Positions 44,526-62,399 of a DNA stretch of 64,000 nucleotides are shown one piece after another (the first letter of the stretch is position 1; every line of letters starts with the position of its first letter). Below the pieces are notes generated by a model, which saw only the letters and a program-made list of their open reading frames with translations, searched no databases and was not told where the DNA came from. The position numbers and the translations under genes are program-made. Origin of the DNA: the human T2T-CHM13v2.0 reference genome, Homo sapiens; assembly GCF_009914755.1 (NCBI RefSeq), contig NC_060926.1. One strand, written 5' to 3'.

Positions 44526-47500
44526 TCAAACTAGAGCTGAAGTCAGGCTGTACACTTCAACTGAGGGAAGCCATCAGGGTGGACTAGAATTTGAGCTTAG
44601 TCTGCAATCAAGTAGGGAAGTACAACAGAAAGAACACCCATTAACTCTGGTTAGGTTGTATTCTAGAACTTGGAGAAGGAGCCAAGGGTCTGAGCAGACC
44701 ACAGGCCGAGTTCAGCAATGGTGCCAATCACTCTCAAGGCGTGCAGTTCCCTAGAAGCATTCATAAGAACTCAGCTCAGGACTTAAAGGGACCCTATCAG
44801 CTCTGAGGCCAGATGTTGTCAACTGACCTTAAATCATTGAGGTGGGATCTCTTCTCTGAAATGTTCCCTCTCCCCTTTCCCTTCTCTGCAGGGCCCCAGC
44901 CTCTTGGCTGGCCAGTGAACACTTCCAAGAACCTTCATACTTAATACCTCTATCACTCCTCCACTCAACAGGTGAGGAAACATCAGTCCAGTGAGAGTGG
45001 CATGTGTGGGGAGGAGCCCAGGCTTGCTCTGACCTCTCTCTGGGGCCCCCCACTCCAGAAGGTTGGAACAGCATTCTACAGCATTCCAGGATGTGGAGGG
45101 GGCAGCAGTGTTTGTGTGCAGAGTGGCGAGGCCGACCTCCGATGAGCTTCCCGTAGGAAGGGTGCAGTGGGGGGTGCTCACCCTGCCCAGGGATGCTATC
45201 TGCTCCAGGACTTGTTTATCAGCCCACGGGGTGATCGGCATGACATCAATGGTGAGGTTTTTTGGGTTTCGTGGTTTTGTTTTTTTCTTTTTCCTTCTAA
45301 GGAACAATTCGTTTTGGTCAAATAACTAGAGCAAAAGTGACTGGTGTTTAGACACCTCTTTCCCCAGCCTCTGGCAGTGCCATTGGAGGAACCGTCCCCT
45401 GAGGGTCATAGAGGAAGCTGTCTGGCAGCTCAGAGGGTTGCCTCTTGTCCCTGCCCAGCCCCACCGGCTTCCCCTGGCTGCCTCCCTCACATGCCAGGCT
45501 TGGGCAGCTTCCCATCACAGACCGAGGTCCAGCCAGAGAGGCCTGTGCTCAGCCCCTCCCTGGGGCCTCTCAGTCTCCCCTCTCTGCTGTCCCGCTCAAA
45601 TGGTGGGGAGGGGGTAGAGTAGGACAATTCAGAGAGAGGAACTAATCCCCTCCCTCATCCCACTGGGATGCAGAGGAGGAGGCCAGGCTGAAAGGGAACC
45701 ACACACATCTCCAGTCACTTCTGTCATTGCTATACTGACCCTACAGCACTTCCCATGTGCCACTGGGCCTGCAGGTCGGTATTGGCAAGGGTGAAGGTGA
45801 GGGGACGCAAAAGGGAATGCTAGGCTGTGGCGGGGAAGGGCTGGCCTGGGCTCCCAGGAGGTGAGGGGCTGAGTCCCAGGTCATGGTGGCCGGACACAGA
45901 GGCGGGTAGAAGGCCAGCAGGGCTGCCCCATCTGAGCCTGGGAGAGCCTGGGAACCCAAAGGCCCATCACAGAGGCTCGGAGGCAGCTGTGTCCACGCGA
46001 GACAGAACTTAGGCTGGACTTGGGGGTACAACCCCAGGATAAACTTGGACACATTGAAGGGCAAGCAGCTTGGCCTCTGTCCAACAGGAAACCCCCTCTG
46101 CACAAGGAGAGAGGGAATGAGCACAGAGTAGAGGTGCCATGTGTTTCCCAGGGCTTCACTGCAGACAGCATCTCCTGGGAGGTAAACTGAGGCCCCTGTG
46201 TGCAAAGCAAGAAACTAGGGCAAGCCCCTTGGGGCTAAAGGTCAAGGAACTGAAGGTTCCAATTTACCTGCCCTGGTAGTTTCTGGCAAGAGACCTCCAC
46301 CGCCTTCCCTTCCAGGATATGCCAGGCTGCAGGCTACAGTGCCGAGAAGGAGAAGACGGAGGCGGTGGTGATGTCACCCAAGGAATTAAGTAAGCAGGGG
46401 AGCTGATAACATCGTCCAGCCAGGCTCACTGTGGGCAGGGTGACTCACTGAAGACGGCCTGCGATCGCCAGGTGATTGTTGTTGTGCCCAGCCTGTGGGG
46501 CTGGGGAGGAGGAAGGGGGGCAGGCCACAGAGCTGTGACAAGTTCCTCACCGAGGCCCCTGCTCAGGGGAGAGACCTCAGTACACAGTGTCCTCCACCTC
46601 TGAGCCCGGGGCTGGCTCAGGAAACAGCCCCCCTCTGCCTGTGCGATTATCTTTGTCCACAGTGTTTGGTGTGTGTTTGTGGGGTGTGTCAGGTGATTTT
46701 CCTGCCCGAAGCCTGCTGGGTGCTCCAGGTACTAGCGATTGCTCACAGCAGAGCAGTAGCCCCCTCCCTGGTTGGACAACTGTCTGTGGAGACAACACCG
46801 GATGGCAAACTGCTAACCGCAACCACGTGGCGTCCTTACAGAGGGAACAGCCTGTTCCTCCCGCTGAGGGCACCTGCAGACCTGCCCCATTCATGGCTCC
46901 CTTCTCCCTCAGTCCCTGCTGAGGGGATGGTCCCTTCCCACCCTTAAGGGCACCATGGACTGTTGTCCAAGTTGAGAACTGTCCAACTGCAGGGGGCACC
47001 ATTCACTTGGCAGTCTTCGTGCCAGATGCTATGGCTGTCCACAGTGGCCCTGCCCCTTCCCTTTTGTAAATTACTTCTCAGTTCCCTCCTCCACCAGAAT
47101 TATCACACCAAACTTTCCCCCATGTATGCTTGCTTCTTTATCACCTGACACTCTCATTCATTCATTCCACAAAAAAATTGTGGCGTTTGTGCAAGGTACT
47201 ATTCTAGGCAAGGGAACAAGACAGACCCTCCTGGAGCTCATGGAGTTCATATTCTAGCATGGGGGAGAACCAATAAATAAATAATTGGATACATAAAACT
47301 GCAAGTGACAATAAGTGCTACAAAGAAAACTAAAGCCAGCCCAGGATAGAGGGTGATAGTGCCCTACTTCAGCTAGGACTGCCAGAAAGGCTTCTCTGTG
47401 GGGAGGTGGCCTCTGAGGGGAGACCTGGAGGCAGCAAAGGAGGAAGCCTTCCCGGCAGAGCCCCTCCCATTGGCACCCAATGCCAAAAGAAGTTTCTATA

Positions 47501-47860
47501 ACCCGTCCTGGTTCTGCCAGGAGCCTGCGGCATGGCCTGGGGCGCTCAATTCCCAGTGCAGGGTGTCTATTTCTTCCCCCAACAAACAAGAGGCCTAGTC
47601 GCATAGTCTCTTCCAGCACAAATTCACCCACCTGTCGGCTTGAGGAACATGACAGGAATCTGGGTTGGAAGGCCAACTCAGCCACCCACAAGCTGTGTCA
47701 TCTTGAGCAGGTTACTCAGCCTCTCTGAGCCAGTTTTCTTTCCTATAAAATGTCAGGGAATTGTGGAGGATTAAATGAGGTTGTGGAACTGAAACCACCT
47801 GGCACAGGTGCTATCTATGAAGTGAGTGCTTCATAGATATTTTCTGGGGCTGCGCCTAGG

Positions 47861-47940
47861 TGAGGTGGGGCGAGGTGGGGTGAGGTGGGGCGAGGTGGGG
47901 TGAGGTGGGGCGAGGTGGGGTGAGGTGGGGCGAGGTGGGG
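47861..47940 (+). repeat. G-rich minisatellite (YGAGGTGGGG)8
   Basis: Eight perfect 10-mers alternating T/C, i.e. 4 x 20 bp. Confidence 0.95.
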
Positions 47941-50156
47941 CCTGGGGGTGCGGTGAGGAGGCGGCTTCCACTGGAGGAGCCTGGAGAAGGCAATGCTGAC
48001 CCCAAGACGCAAAGCTCTGGTGGCTGCCCAGGTCTGCAGTGGCAGGGCCCGGGGAGCTGGCCCAGGCTGGGACCCTACCTCTACCCACCCCGGGCCTGTG
48101 CACTTCCCACTGACAGCAGCCGGTGGGGCGGGCAGGGAGCTACAGTGGGGCCCCCAAGAACTGTCACTCCGCGGCCTAGCTTTCAACATCCTTTGGGGCC
48201 CAAGCCACTCAGTTCAACCTCTCTTCCTTCCTCCTTCACTCAGGCTGTTTTGAGTGAGGGCCAGCCACACTCAGACTCCAGCCATGGTGCTCCCTCTCAG
48301 CTCCAAGAGCCCAAGGCAAGGAGGTGGAAGGTTAATCAGAGTCCACCCTGGTCAACACAACTTCCCTAACACCTGATGTGAGTTTAGGCATTTAGACCCT
48401 GCCGGGAACCCAGAGGAACATGCAGGTGCTCAGCAGGTGCAGGGTGCGGGCAATAACACCAATAGCAGTAATAATAACTAGCCTTCTCGGCTGCCATGGG
48501 CCAGGTGCTTTTCATCTAAGACCTTGCTTGATGTTAATCCTGAGATGTGGGCATTTTTTATCCCCTTTCATACTTGAGGAAACTGAGGCTCCAGGAAGGA
48601 GGGGTTGTGGGGTGTCGGCGGCAGGGTTTGTGGGCCTACTTCCTGCAGGACAGGAACCTTGCAAGGCACAGGGGATCTGGAGAAGCAGAATTGGAAAGAC
48701 TCGGGTGGGTGGACCAGCCTGAGGCTGGGGAAGGGCCTTGCAGGGGATTCCTGTCCCACAGATGCCTGCAGGCCCAGGTGTGAGGCCCCCAGCCCCACCA
48801 CCCCAGCCCAGCCCACAGCTGCTGTGTCACAACCCCTAGAGCGGCTTGGGACTCTGAGTCTCCAACAAGCTCCCAGGTGACCTGGAAGCAGCTGGCTCAG
48901 TCTGGGAGGCCAGAGCTGGGCTGCAAAGCCCTGACAAAGCCATTTCTCAGGCCCTCCTGACTTTGAGGCAGGAAATGATCATCATGGCAGCTAATATTAA
49001 TTGACACCTTACCTGCACAGTAGGTGCTGTGCTAAGCACTTTGCATATGTGAACCTACTTAACTCTCACAATAGTTCTGCGAGGAAGAGAACCTGGGCAC
49101 AAAGAGGCTAAGTGACTTGCCAGTCATACAGTGCTGGCATTGAACCTGGACACCTGGCTCAAGGCCACACATCTGCCCGCAAAGCAGGATGCCTGGGGTA
49201 GGGAAGGCGGCAGGGCAGGGCCTCGAGCACTGGGTCTGAGTGCGGGGCTGGACCTGGTAGGCCCTGGGCAGCAGCAGGTTTCTGAGCAGGGGACCGGCAT
49301 GCTCCCCAGGACTGGCCACATGGTGTGCGCGTGAGGGAGGCCTGGGCAGACAAGCTCAACACCACTAAGGGCTGAATGTGAAACCCTCCCGCAGGGATGT
49401 GGTTTTGACATGAGAAGGCAAAAGAAATAACGCTTCCCTCAAAGGAAAGAACTGACAAACAAAGCTGGGCGCCCATGTGTCGGGCACAAACACTAAAGGT
49501 GGAAGTTCAGACGCTAGGAAGGGCGCCCGCAGCCACTTCCTCTGCCGCCCCTCTTCCCCTGCAACAAGGCCTAGTATAGATAGGTGCACAGCTCCTGGGC
49601 CTGAGGTCTAAGGACAGCCAGCCTGGGGGACCACCTGTCTGTCCACATGTGTGTGCAAGAGGTCAGGGAGAAAGGGCCTCTGGGTGCTTGCTTGCAGGGA
49701 GTGCCTGTCCCCATCCCACCCTGCTCCTGCAGCCGAAAAGGACAGACGCCCTGACTCTAATCTGTACCTCTGGGGCCTCAAAACCACAGCCACGTCAGCC
49801 GCGCATGCATCTGGACTAGGTGGGAGGTGGGGCCACCTATGCAGGGTACGCAGGTGTGTGCCAACATGCGTGTGCAGGGCAGACATGCCCCCCCACCCCC
49901 GAGGGAGGAGGGCAAGTGGGGTGGAGGGGTCCAGAGATCCGGTGGCCGCCCGGCCCCGCTCCTTCCCCTGCCCCTGCCTCCCCTCTGAGGGGTAGCCATG
50001 GCTTTGAGGACCCCCCTTCTTCCCTCAAGCTTCTCTCTGCTCTCAGCTCCAGTGCCAGCGACAATCTAAATAAATGTCTATGGAGCACCTAAAATGGCCT
50101 GGCAAGTTCTGGGCACTTGGGAGACATCAGCGAGAAAAGTAAAGATTCCTGCCCTC

Positions 50157-50811
<655 letters not shown>

Positions 50812-52719
50812 TTACATTCTATAATCCTCATGTAGGCAGTGGGTTCCATGGAAAGAAAGAGGAAGCAGATAGGGCTGGGAGATGAGGAGTGCTGGTGGGT
50901 GCGAGGGTGTGCACTCACTCGGGTCACCGTACTAAGCTGGGTGCTCCAGGGAGGCCCCATGAAGAGGCCAACATTTCAACAGGAGCTTGGGGAAGGAATA
51001 GCCAAGCAGAGTCTGGGCTAGAACATTTCAGACAGAGGAAACAGCTAGAACAAAAGGCCTGAGGCAGGAGCCTGGCCAGGACTGGGGGAAGGGCAGGCTG
51101 TTGGGGTGGGGACTAAACTGGCCCTACACCTCCAGGATTTCCAGTGCGGTCCATGTGAGGATGGCTCGGCTCATGGCTGAAATGATTCTCTAGTCTGTCG
51201 GGCAACTCAGGCTAACAGCAAAGGCCTGATTTCCAGTAGATTAAAGAGAAAGGACCCTGTAGTACCTACAGAAGAGGCCACAGGGTTCACAGAGGAACCA
51301 GTGCCCTGGGAGGAAGAGAAGGAGAGGGGTTTACATCAGAAGGAGCCCTGCTTTGGGGCCCAGTGTGGGGGCCCCTAGAGGGTGCAGGGGAGGGAGCAAA
51401 GGATGGGACCAGCTACCCTGAGGCCCGCAGGTCTCTCTAGAGGGCCAAGTCTCTGCGTTCCCAGGACCCCCACGAGCCCACCCTGGGAGCTCACTGACAG
51501 AGTGCAGTGTAGACTTCCATTCTACAGCTTGGACTCAGCTGCTACCCACAGGGAGGAAGGGAGCCTGGAACACAGCCACTTCTGCGCACCTGCGTCTGCC
51601 TGCTGGAGGCCACCAGGCCTGCTTACTAGACCCTACTGAGGCTGCTGCCCCTCCTTCTCCAAAGCACCATTAAACAACTCACGTGGGGGGCTGGGGGAGG
51701 TGACCCCAGGAGGTCTAGCCTGATGGTTGAACAGGGGCAGGGATGTGCGCCTGCATGTCCACTTTGCCCTGCAGCATGTGGGCAGCTGGCATTCTAGGAG
51801 GTAGATCCACTCGAAAGCAATCAAAGCCACGGAGTGTGTGATTCTGACAGAGGGGGTGGTGGGATGTCAGCGGCGGGGGGCTTCTTATGGCCTAGAAAAG
51901 TGAGGGGACTTCTTGCAGAAGTGGGCTTGACCTGGGCTTTTCAGGATGGGAGCAAATTTGAAGGAGGAGAGAGGATACCTCCATGTGCTCACACATTTGC
52001 ACACACATTTACTCTCGTGCACACACCCAGTCCCTTAAGCCCCCCATCTATAGGTGCTCACAGCCAGCAGTATGCACACACACCTCACACACAGCCAAAG
52101 TAATGCACACAAACTCAGAAACACACACACTGGGGCATTCACACTCTTATGAGGCATGCCGATGCTACAACGGTCGCCCACATACACTCTGGGCACCAGA
52201 AACATACAGGCCCCTTAGAAATGGGCTTGGGAGAAGATGAAGATGTGTCTGCAATGCGTAAGAAGAGCAGAAGCTGACAGGTGGCAGTAGGGGGTGGAGA
52301 TGGGGTGACAACAGATATGGAGACCCAGAGAAAGGCAAGACTTACAGACACACCCACGTGCAGACCACACATCCGTTACTGTCAGCTTCAGACAGACCCC
52401 GCAACCTTCCTGCCTTCAGAAAGACACTGCTTAGTAACTACGTGACACGATGCATGTCATCCAGCCTCGCCAAGGTTTGATGCTGTCTTCTATAACATGA
52501 GGATTTGATAACACCTGCTTGTCATGCCAAATTGATATCCTGTGATTTGACAGGAAAGTCCTGTCTAACTCCAAAGCACTGTTCAGAATTCAGTTACCTC
52601 TCCCACCTCCAGTGGGACGCCCCTGGCCAGGCCACCCTCCCACCAGTCTCCCTGCCTCTTCTTGCTCCCACTATAGTCTTTGGCCTACCCTGCAGCCACT
52701 GCTCTCCTCCTCCACGCCA

Positions 52720-53245
52720 GCCTCTGTGATTTCATCTTATTCATAGTAAAAGACAAATTCCTTTGTGGGGGCGGGTAGTGGGGATGCTTCCTGATCTGCC
52801 CTCCCTAGTTCCCTTATCTCTCCCCTTCTTCCCTCCGCCAGCCACCCGGGACCCCTCACCACCCCTCACTCACCTGAGACGTGCTCCCCTCTCGGCGCCC
52901 TTGCACTAGCTGTTCTCTGCCTGGAACATCCCCAGGGCTCCTCCTTTAGGATTTACTCAGATGACTTCCTCTCAGTGAGGCCTTCCCAGGCCGCCCTAGC
53001 GAACACTGGGCCCTCACCACAGAACTCTCTAGCCCCCTACCGTTTTTTTTTCCTTCTCCTTGGCCTCTTTACTTCCCAACACAATACGTATTTTATTTGT
53101 TTGCCTCATTTATTGTCTGTCTCTCTTGTCAAAACGAACTCCATAGGGGCAAGGACTTTTGTCTGTTTTATTCTCAGCTGTGATCCCTGGCTCTCAGAGC
53201 AGAGCCTGACTCATAGGACTCAATAAAGATTAAGTGAATGAATGA
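52720..53245 (+). mobile_element. L2 3' fragment
   Basis: Ends ctcaataaagattaagtgaatgaatga. Confidence 0.7.
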
Positions 53246-53303
53246 CTGAAATGAGACAGCAAATCAGTAAGCATTTATAAAGCACGATTAAGAAATAGAA
53301 GCG

Positions 53304-53675
<372 letters not shown>

Positions 53676-53858
53676 TTATTCTCCATCAACCCTGGGGAAT
53701 CATTCCCATTTTACAGATAAGAAGATGAGATCAGAAAGGGGATGACCTATGGTGGTTGTAGATTGTCTGCGAAGATGGTCACTGACAATTCCTCTCCTCT
53801 CTGTATTAGAATGCTGTTCTTCCCTTCAAAAGGTGGAGCCAGTTCCGCACCACACACA

Positions 53859-53889
<31 letters not shown>

Positions 53890-54004
53890 CTGCATACCCC
53901 CACCTCTTCCTTGGCTCTAGGCTGCCCTTGTGACTTGCTCTGACCAATAGAATGTGGCAAAAGTGATGCTGTGTCGGTTCTGGCACAGGCTTTAAGAGGC
54001 CTAT

Positions 54005-54900
54005 GCCTAGGCTTATACAATTTTTGGAATTCAAAGCAAAATGAAAATGTGGAGCCCCTTATTCAAAAAGCAAGATAAACATTGTTAGAGGCACTAAAAT
54101 ATAAAGCTTTCTCTTTTGATAGTCTCTCTCCCTTAACTCACCATGGTGTTTTTAACTTGCTATTTAATGCTACCCTAATAAAAAAGCTAAAATTTGAAAA
54201 TGTTACTATGAATTTTGCTGTTCAACTTTATATGGTGCAAAGCCAGTTTTAAATGCAAAAAGAGCATTTAGCTCATATGTACAATCATCAGAATTATGCA
54301 ATTCATATTTCATAGGTCATACATGCATATATATTTCATTCCTACCAGAAGAGTGGGAACACCACACAAAACTAACAACTTTTTTTTTTAAATTTTTTAT
54401 TTTTTAGACAGAGTTTCATTCTTGTTACCCAGGCTGCAGTGCAGTGGCGCGATCTCGGCTCACTGCAACCTCCACCTTCAAGCAATTCTCCTGCCTCAGC
54501 CTCCTGAGTAGCTGGGATTACAGGTGTGTGCCACCACACTTTACTAATGTTTTTTTTTTTTTTTTTTTTAGTAGAGACGGGGTCTCACCATGTTGGCCAG
54601 ACTGGTCTCTAACTCCTGACCTCAGGTGATCCACCTGCCTCGGCCTCCCAAAGTGCTGGGATTACAGGCATAAGCCACCGTGCCTGGCCAAAACTAACAC
54701 CTTTTAATTTCTCTTCTTGCTATGCATATATTCTACCAACACTCTCTTCCTTTGGTTTACTGATGAGTAAGGACAGATGAAAAGAAAAGGAATGATCTGT
54801 ACAGAGATGAGAGACCAGGAACAGGGTGGACATGCATTTTATGGACTTCCTCTGCTCATGCACATGCACCATTGTCTTAACTTACAAAACACAACACCAT
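54005..54900 (-). mobile_element. MER45-family hAT-Tip100 element (with AluS 54380-54689), inserted into an MLT1 LTR (~53750-54005, ~55220-55345)
   Basis: gcaaaatgaaaatgtggagccccttattcaaaaa matches the MER45 terminus. Confidence 0.6.
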
Positions 54901-55362
<462 letters not shown>

Positions 55363-56090
55363 CTAGTAAAAGACCAGGCTGTGGTTGAACCCACATTGGT
55401 CTGAATCTCAAGTTCACACTCCTCTCTACCCCACCCAGGTTTCCTTACAAAGCTTTCATAGTGTTACTCCTTCTCTACTCCATGGTGAGTTGGTAAGTTT
55501 AGGGTTGAGCTAGGGGGTGAAGGTTGCTTCGCTGCAACAAATCAAAATTATTATTAGAACTTGGAAGAAGCCACATCTGGACTTGATGTGGCGGACAGGA
55601 GGTTGGTGGACGGGTCAGGGCTGAGAACAGGCCCAGCCTCTGTCCAGGGTGAATCTGGGCCCAGCGGGGTACTGGGACATCTGTTTTCCATCCTGATTCG
55701 GAAACTAAAGCTGCTTTCCTCTGCCTACCCCATCCTCCACCTCTGCTGACCCTACAGGAAATGGGAGTTGGAAATCTGGCTGGCCAGCAGCGGCGCCTCC
55801 TCCGATGGGAGCTCTCTGCCTGCCACAAGATTCAGAGTGCAAGGGCCTCGGGCCGCCTGTGCTTCTGCACACTCTCTCCCTCTTCCCCACTGAACCAGCG
55901 GCGAAGGGAATTCTCAGGGTCCCCCTTGGTCAAGGAGTCAGGTTTTCCCCTTTTAACTGATGGCTGTTGTTCCTGCTGCAGCTATTAGCATACCAAATTA
56001 GTAAGGATATTTTAGCGACAAGAAACAGAACTCCTATTCAATTGGCTTAGACAAGAAGAAAAGTGTGTTATCTCACAGTGATAAAATTCC

Positions 56091-57224
<1,134 letters not shown>

Positions 57225-57333
57225 TGAGCACCTGTTGAGGTTGTTAAGAGCATCAGTGTCAGAGTTAGGCAGACTTAGGTCTGAATTCTGACCCTGTCCC
57301 TTTCTGGTTTTCTGATCTTATTCAGGTTGTTTA

Positions 57334-57777
<444 letters not shown>

Positions 57778-58523
57778 TTAAGCATGTGGAACCATGTGAC
57801 CCAATCTGGCTATCTCCTTCTGCAATGCCACCCTCCTCTTCTTCCTGAGTCCATCTCTCTCCTCCCAGTTCAATCCTCAGTCCCCGGCTTTAGGCTCTCC
57901 CCTCTTAGATCCCTCCCACCCCTTACCCACAGCACTCCTTGTCTGGGCTTCCCCACCTAGCACCTAGACAGGGTGTCCCATCCACATTTCAGACAAGGCA
58001 ACAAGATTCCTCCATGGCTGCCCATGCCTCAGAATCACTGCTTATCAAGCCCAGATGTGTCCACACTCCAGGCCCCCCTTCCTTGCCATCCCCATGAATA
58101 CTGACTTCTTTGTACTTACTTGTCAGGGTTCTTGGTTGCAAGCAACAGAGAACTAACTCACGGACTTCTAGGGCTGGCTAGAGAGCCAGGCTCACAGCAA
58201 CCAGGGAGGGCTGGACGGCAGCCAGAACCCCAGCCCAAATCACGCCTTGAGGACAGACCAGGGAGGACAACTGAGTAACCAACCTGAGGACTGGCCCTGC
58301 GGCCCCACTGCCCCGACACCTCCCTCCTGCTGCTGCTGCTGCCTCCACTTGGGGCAGATGCACTCCATCTCTGCTTCTTTGTGTCTTCTGCCTGAGTCAG
58401 GGTTGCTGAATGTGTGTGTCTGATTGGCTGAGCCAGGTCACAAGCCTGCAGCAGCTGCAAGGGAGGCTGGGAAAGTGAGGCCTGGTGCCTAGAGTCTGCC
58501 TCTTGGGGAGACTCACAAGGTCA

Positions 58524-58944
<421 letters not shown>

Positions 58945-59152
58945 CTATCCCAGCCCCGACCCCAGCCTCAGGAGTGGCTGTGCTCTCAACAGGGCGCAGG
59001 AAACCTTCCTCAGGTGAGGGGTCCCAGAATTAGAGACCACGGGAGCTGGAGGGGCCATATAGGGGCATCTCTACAAAAGAAGTCTGTGGACTAACATTCA
59101 ACCACCCAGTTTTTATTTTGTCAAGTAAGAATATCAGAGAAATAATAAACCA

Positions 59153-59428
59153 TTTTTTTTTCTTTTTTGAGACAAGATCTCGCTCCGTCACCCAGGCTGG
59201 AGTGCAGTGGTGCAATCTCAGCTTACTGCAACCTCCGCCTCTTAAGGCTTAAGCAATCCTCCCACCTCAGCCTCCCAAGTAGCCGGGACTACAGGTGCAC
59301 GACACCATGCCTGGCTAATTTATTTATTTATTTTTTTGTTGCCCAGGCTAGCCTCGAACTCCTGGCCTCAAGTGATCCTCCTACCTCAGCCTCCCAAAGT
59401 GCTGGGACTGCAGACATGAGCCTAGGCT
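59153..59428 (-). mobile_element. AluJ
   Basis: Alu body with deletion. Confidence 0.85.
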
Positions 59429-59639
59429 AACAAATCACTTTCTCCTGGCACCATCATTTCATCAAAAAAGAGACAAGCGACATCTTAAACACCAAAAAAA
59501 TAAAAAGAGAGGAGAGCAGGTTTTAGAATAGAGCATAATCCTTTAAGCTAAATACATATTGGCTTTAAGAAAACTCATTATATTGCCCTGAATTTCCAGG
59601 ACTTTTCAGGACTTTTGCTGGAAACCTGTGAAAAGATCA

Positions 59640-60025
59640 TGACACAGCTGAACTTGAATACGGGCTGTGGATTAGAGAATAGTATTGGATCAATGCTGAG
59701 TTTCCCGTGTCTACCATGCAGGAGTTACGTAAGTCTTGCACTGTAAAAGAGCATCCTTGTTCTTAGGAAATACACCCTGAAGTATTTAGAGGTAAAAGGG
59801 CATGATGTCTGCAACTTATTCTTAATTGGGAAATTTCAGGAAAAAATTACACATACACACATCCACATTCACACACATAAACATATATAAAGAAAAATAA
59901 AGTAAAAGGGGTAAAATATAAACAATTAGTATATCTGCAAAAAAGTTATACTAGAGTCTTTGTAGTATTGTTGCAACTTTTTGGTAAATTTGAAATTATG
60001 TCAGAATTAAGTTACCCAAAAAAAT
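59640..60025 (+). mobile_element. L1M 3' terminus
   Basis: cttgttcttaggaaatacaccctgaagtatttagaggtaaaagggcatgatgtctgcaact. Confidence 0.8.
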
Positions 60026-60198
60026 GTTAGCAGTGAGTTAGCAGTGAGCCTCAGGGTTGGTTTTCCCTTGGTACATTACCTATTTTGGAAGTGTTTGAAG
60101 TTTTATGAGCATGTATGATGTTTGTAGTCACAAAGAAGAAAGACCAAAATTACAAAAATTAAAGCGAAAAAGAAAAGGCCATGAAAGACTCAGTCTAG

Positions 60199-60472
60199 CT
60201 TTTTTTTTTTTGAGGCAGAGTCTCACTCTATTGCCCAGGCTGGAGTGCAATGGCGTGGTCTCGGCTCATTGCAACCTCCACCTCCCGGATTCAAGTGATT
60301 TTCCTGCCTCAAAGGCACCTGCCACCACACCTGGCTAATTTTTGTATTTTTAGTAGAGATGGGGTTTCACTATGTTGGCCAGGCTTGTCTCGAACACCTG
60401 ACCTCAGGTGATCCACACGCCTCGGCCTCCCAAAGTTCTGGGATTACAGGCGTGAGCCACCGCGCCTGACCC
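60199..60472 (-). mobile_element. AluS
   Basis: Alu with internal deletion. Confidence 0.9.
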
Positions 60473-61117
60473 AGTCTGGCATTCGACACTTGCTGATCTG
60501 GCCTAAGTTCCCATTCTACAGGAAAGGAAACTGAGGCCCAGGCAGGGCTTGCAGCTTGCTCAGTGGCACACAGTAAGTATCGTCAGTGAGGACTTGGCCA
60601 AGGCTGCTCCCAGCACAATTCCTTCCATGCGAGGATGTTGCCCATGAAGCAGAGTGTAGGTCTCAAGGGTAAGTAGGGCCAGGCAGGACTGGACAGGACG
60701 TTGGGACTTGTCCCTTCGAGAATGCCAGGTCCCATAGGGATGCATTTCTTCAACATTTTACCCCGATACGTTCCCTTCAAGCCAAGGAGGATGATCAAGA
60801 ATTGCTCCCTACACGTTTACCTATTTCTCATATGGGGAAACTGAGGCCCTGAGAGGTTCCGGGACTTGCCTGAGATCGTACTGCAAGCAAATTCCAGGCT
60901 GTAAAGTTGAGTTGTAGTGTAATTGGCCAGATCTGGCTAAGTTGCCTCAAGCCCAAGTTAGAAAGGAATAAAGGAAAGGGCGAGGCCGTAAGAACAGGAG
61001 GGAAAAGGGAGGGGAAACCCTGCAGTGTCAGAGTTGGGAGATCCTCGTTCCCTGAGCCCTTTCACTCTTCATGTGGATTAAATTCGCTTGAGTTTAGAAG
61101 AGGAAGAAACAGTGTTT

Positions 61118-61234
61118 TGCAGGTGCACCATGTCCCACAGCTTCAGGAGGCATCACTCACATGACAGTCTAGGAAAATAGAGCCTCCTGGAGTTGTGCAG
61201 TGGACAGTCTGTACAGCTATCCATGGCAGCTCTG
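61118..61234. mobile_element. MER91-like hAT-Tip100 MITE
   Basis: cctcctggagttgtgcagtggacag...ggcagctctg. Confidence 0.55.
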
Positions 61235-61673
61235 AGGAAGTCATCTGTTGTTGTTTGTGGGGGGATGTTCGGGTAGGAAAGGGGAGTAATTAATTCACTG
61301 TCGCCTGAATTAACCAGTGACTGATTCCATCAGTTCGATCAACCACTGTTTATTGCCATAGATTGTATGCCAGGTACCACGCTAGGGGTTGGGGCTTCCC
61401 AGGCTTGACATATACTCAAGGGAGGAGCCGCAGGTGGGAGCAGGGGAGAAAGGAAGGCCTCCCAGAACAAAAACCCACAAACCACCCCCTACCATTCCTC
61501 CTTCCCCTCGGCTCAGCCTTCTCCATTCTTCAGGCCTCCTAGGAAAAGCCCTCATGACTCCTCCAGGCCCCTCCTCCCACAGTTGCATAGAACATTGGGT
61601 TCTCTGCTCTTTCTGTGTCTCCACCAGGTGGTGGGAGCTTCTTGGGCTCCAGGATGCAGTGCAGTTCTTCTTC

Positions 61674-62320
<647 letters not shown>

Positions 62321-62399
62321 TAAAATTCATTCATCCATTCATTTAGTCATTCATTCGTTTGTTTTACTTCTTTTATTCCACAGGCATTTGTCTATCTGT

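Noticed and set aside
46316-46389. Plus-strand exon-like segment (ccttccag|...|gtaagc)
   Set aside because: Isolated, with no phase-compatible partner exons found.
55781-55800. CTCF-like tggccagcagcggcgcc
   Set aside because: Core spacing is one base short of the consensus.
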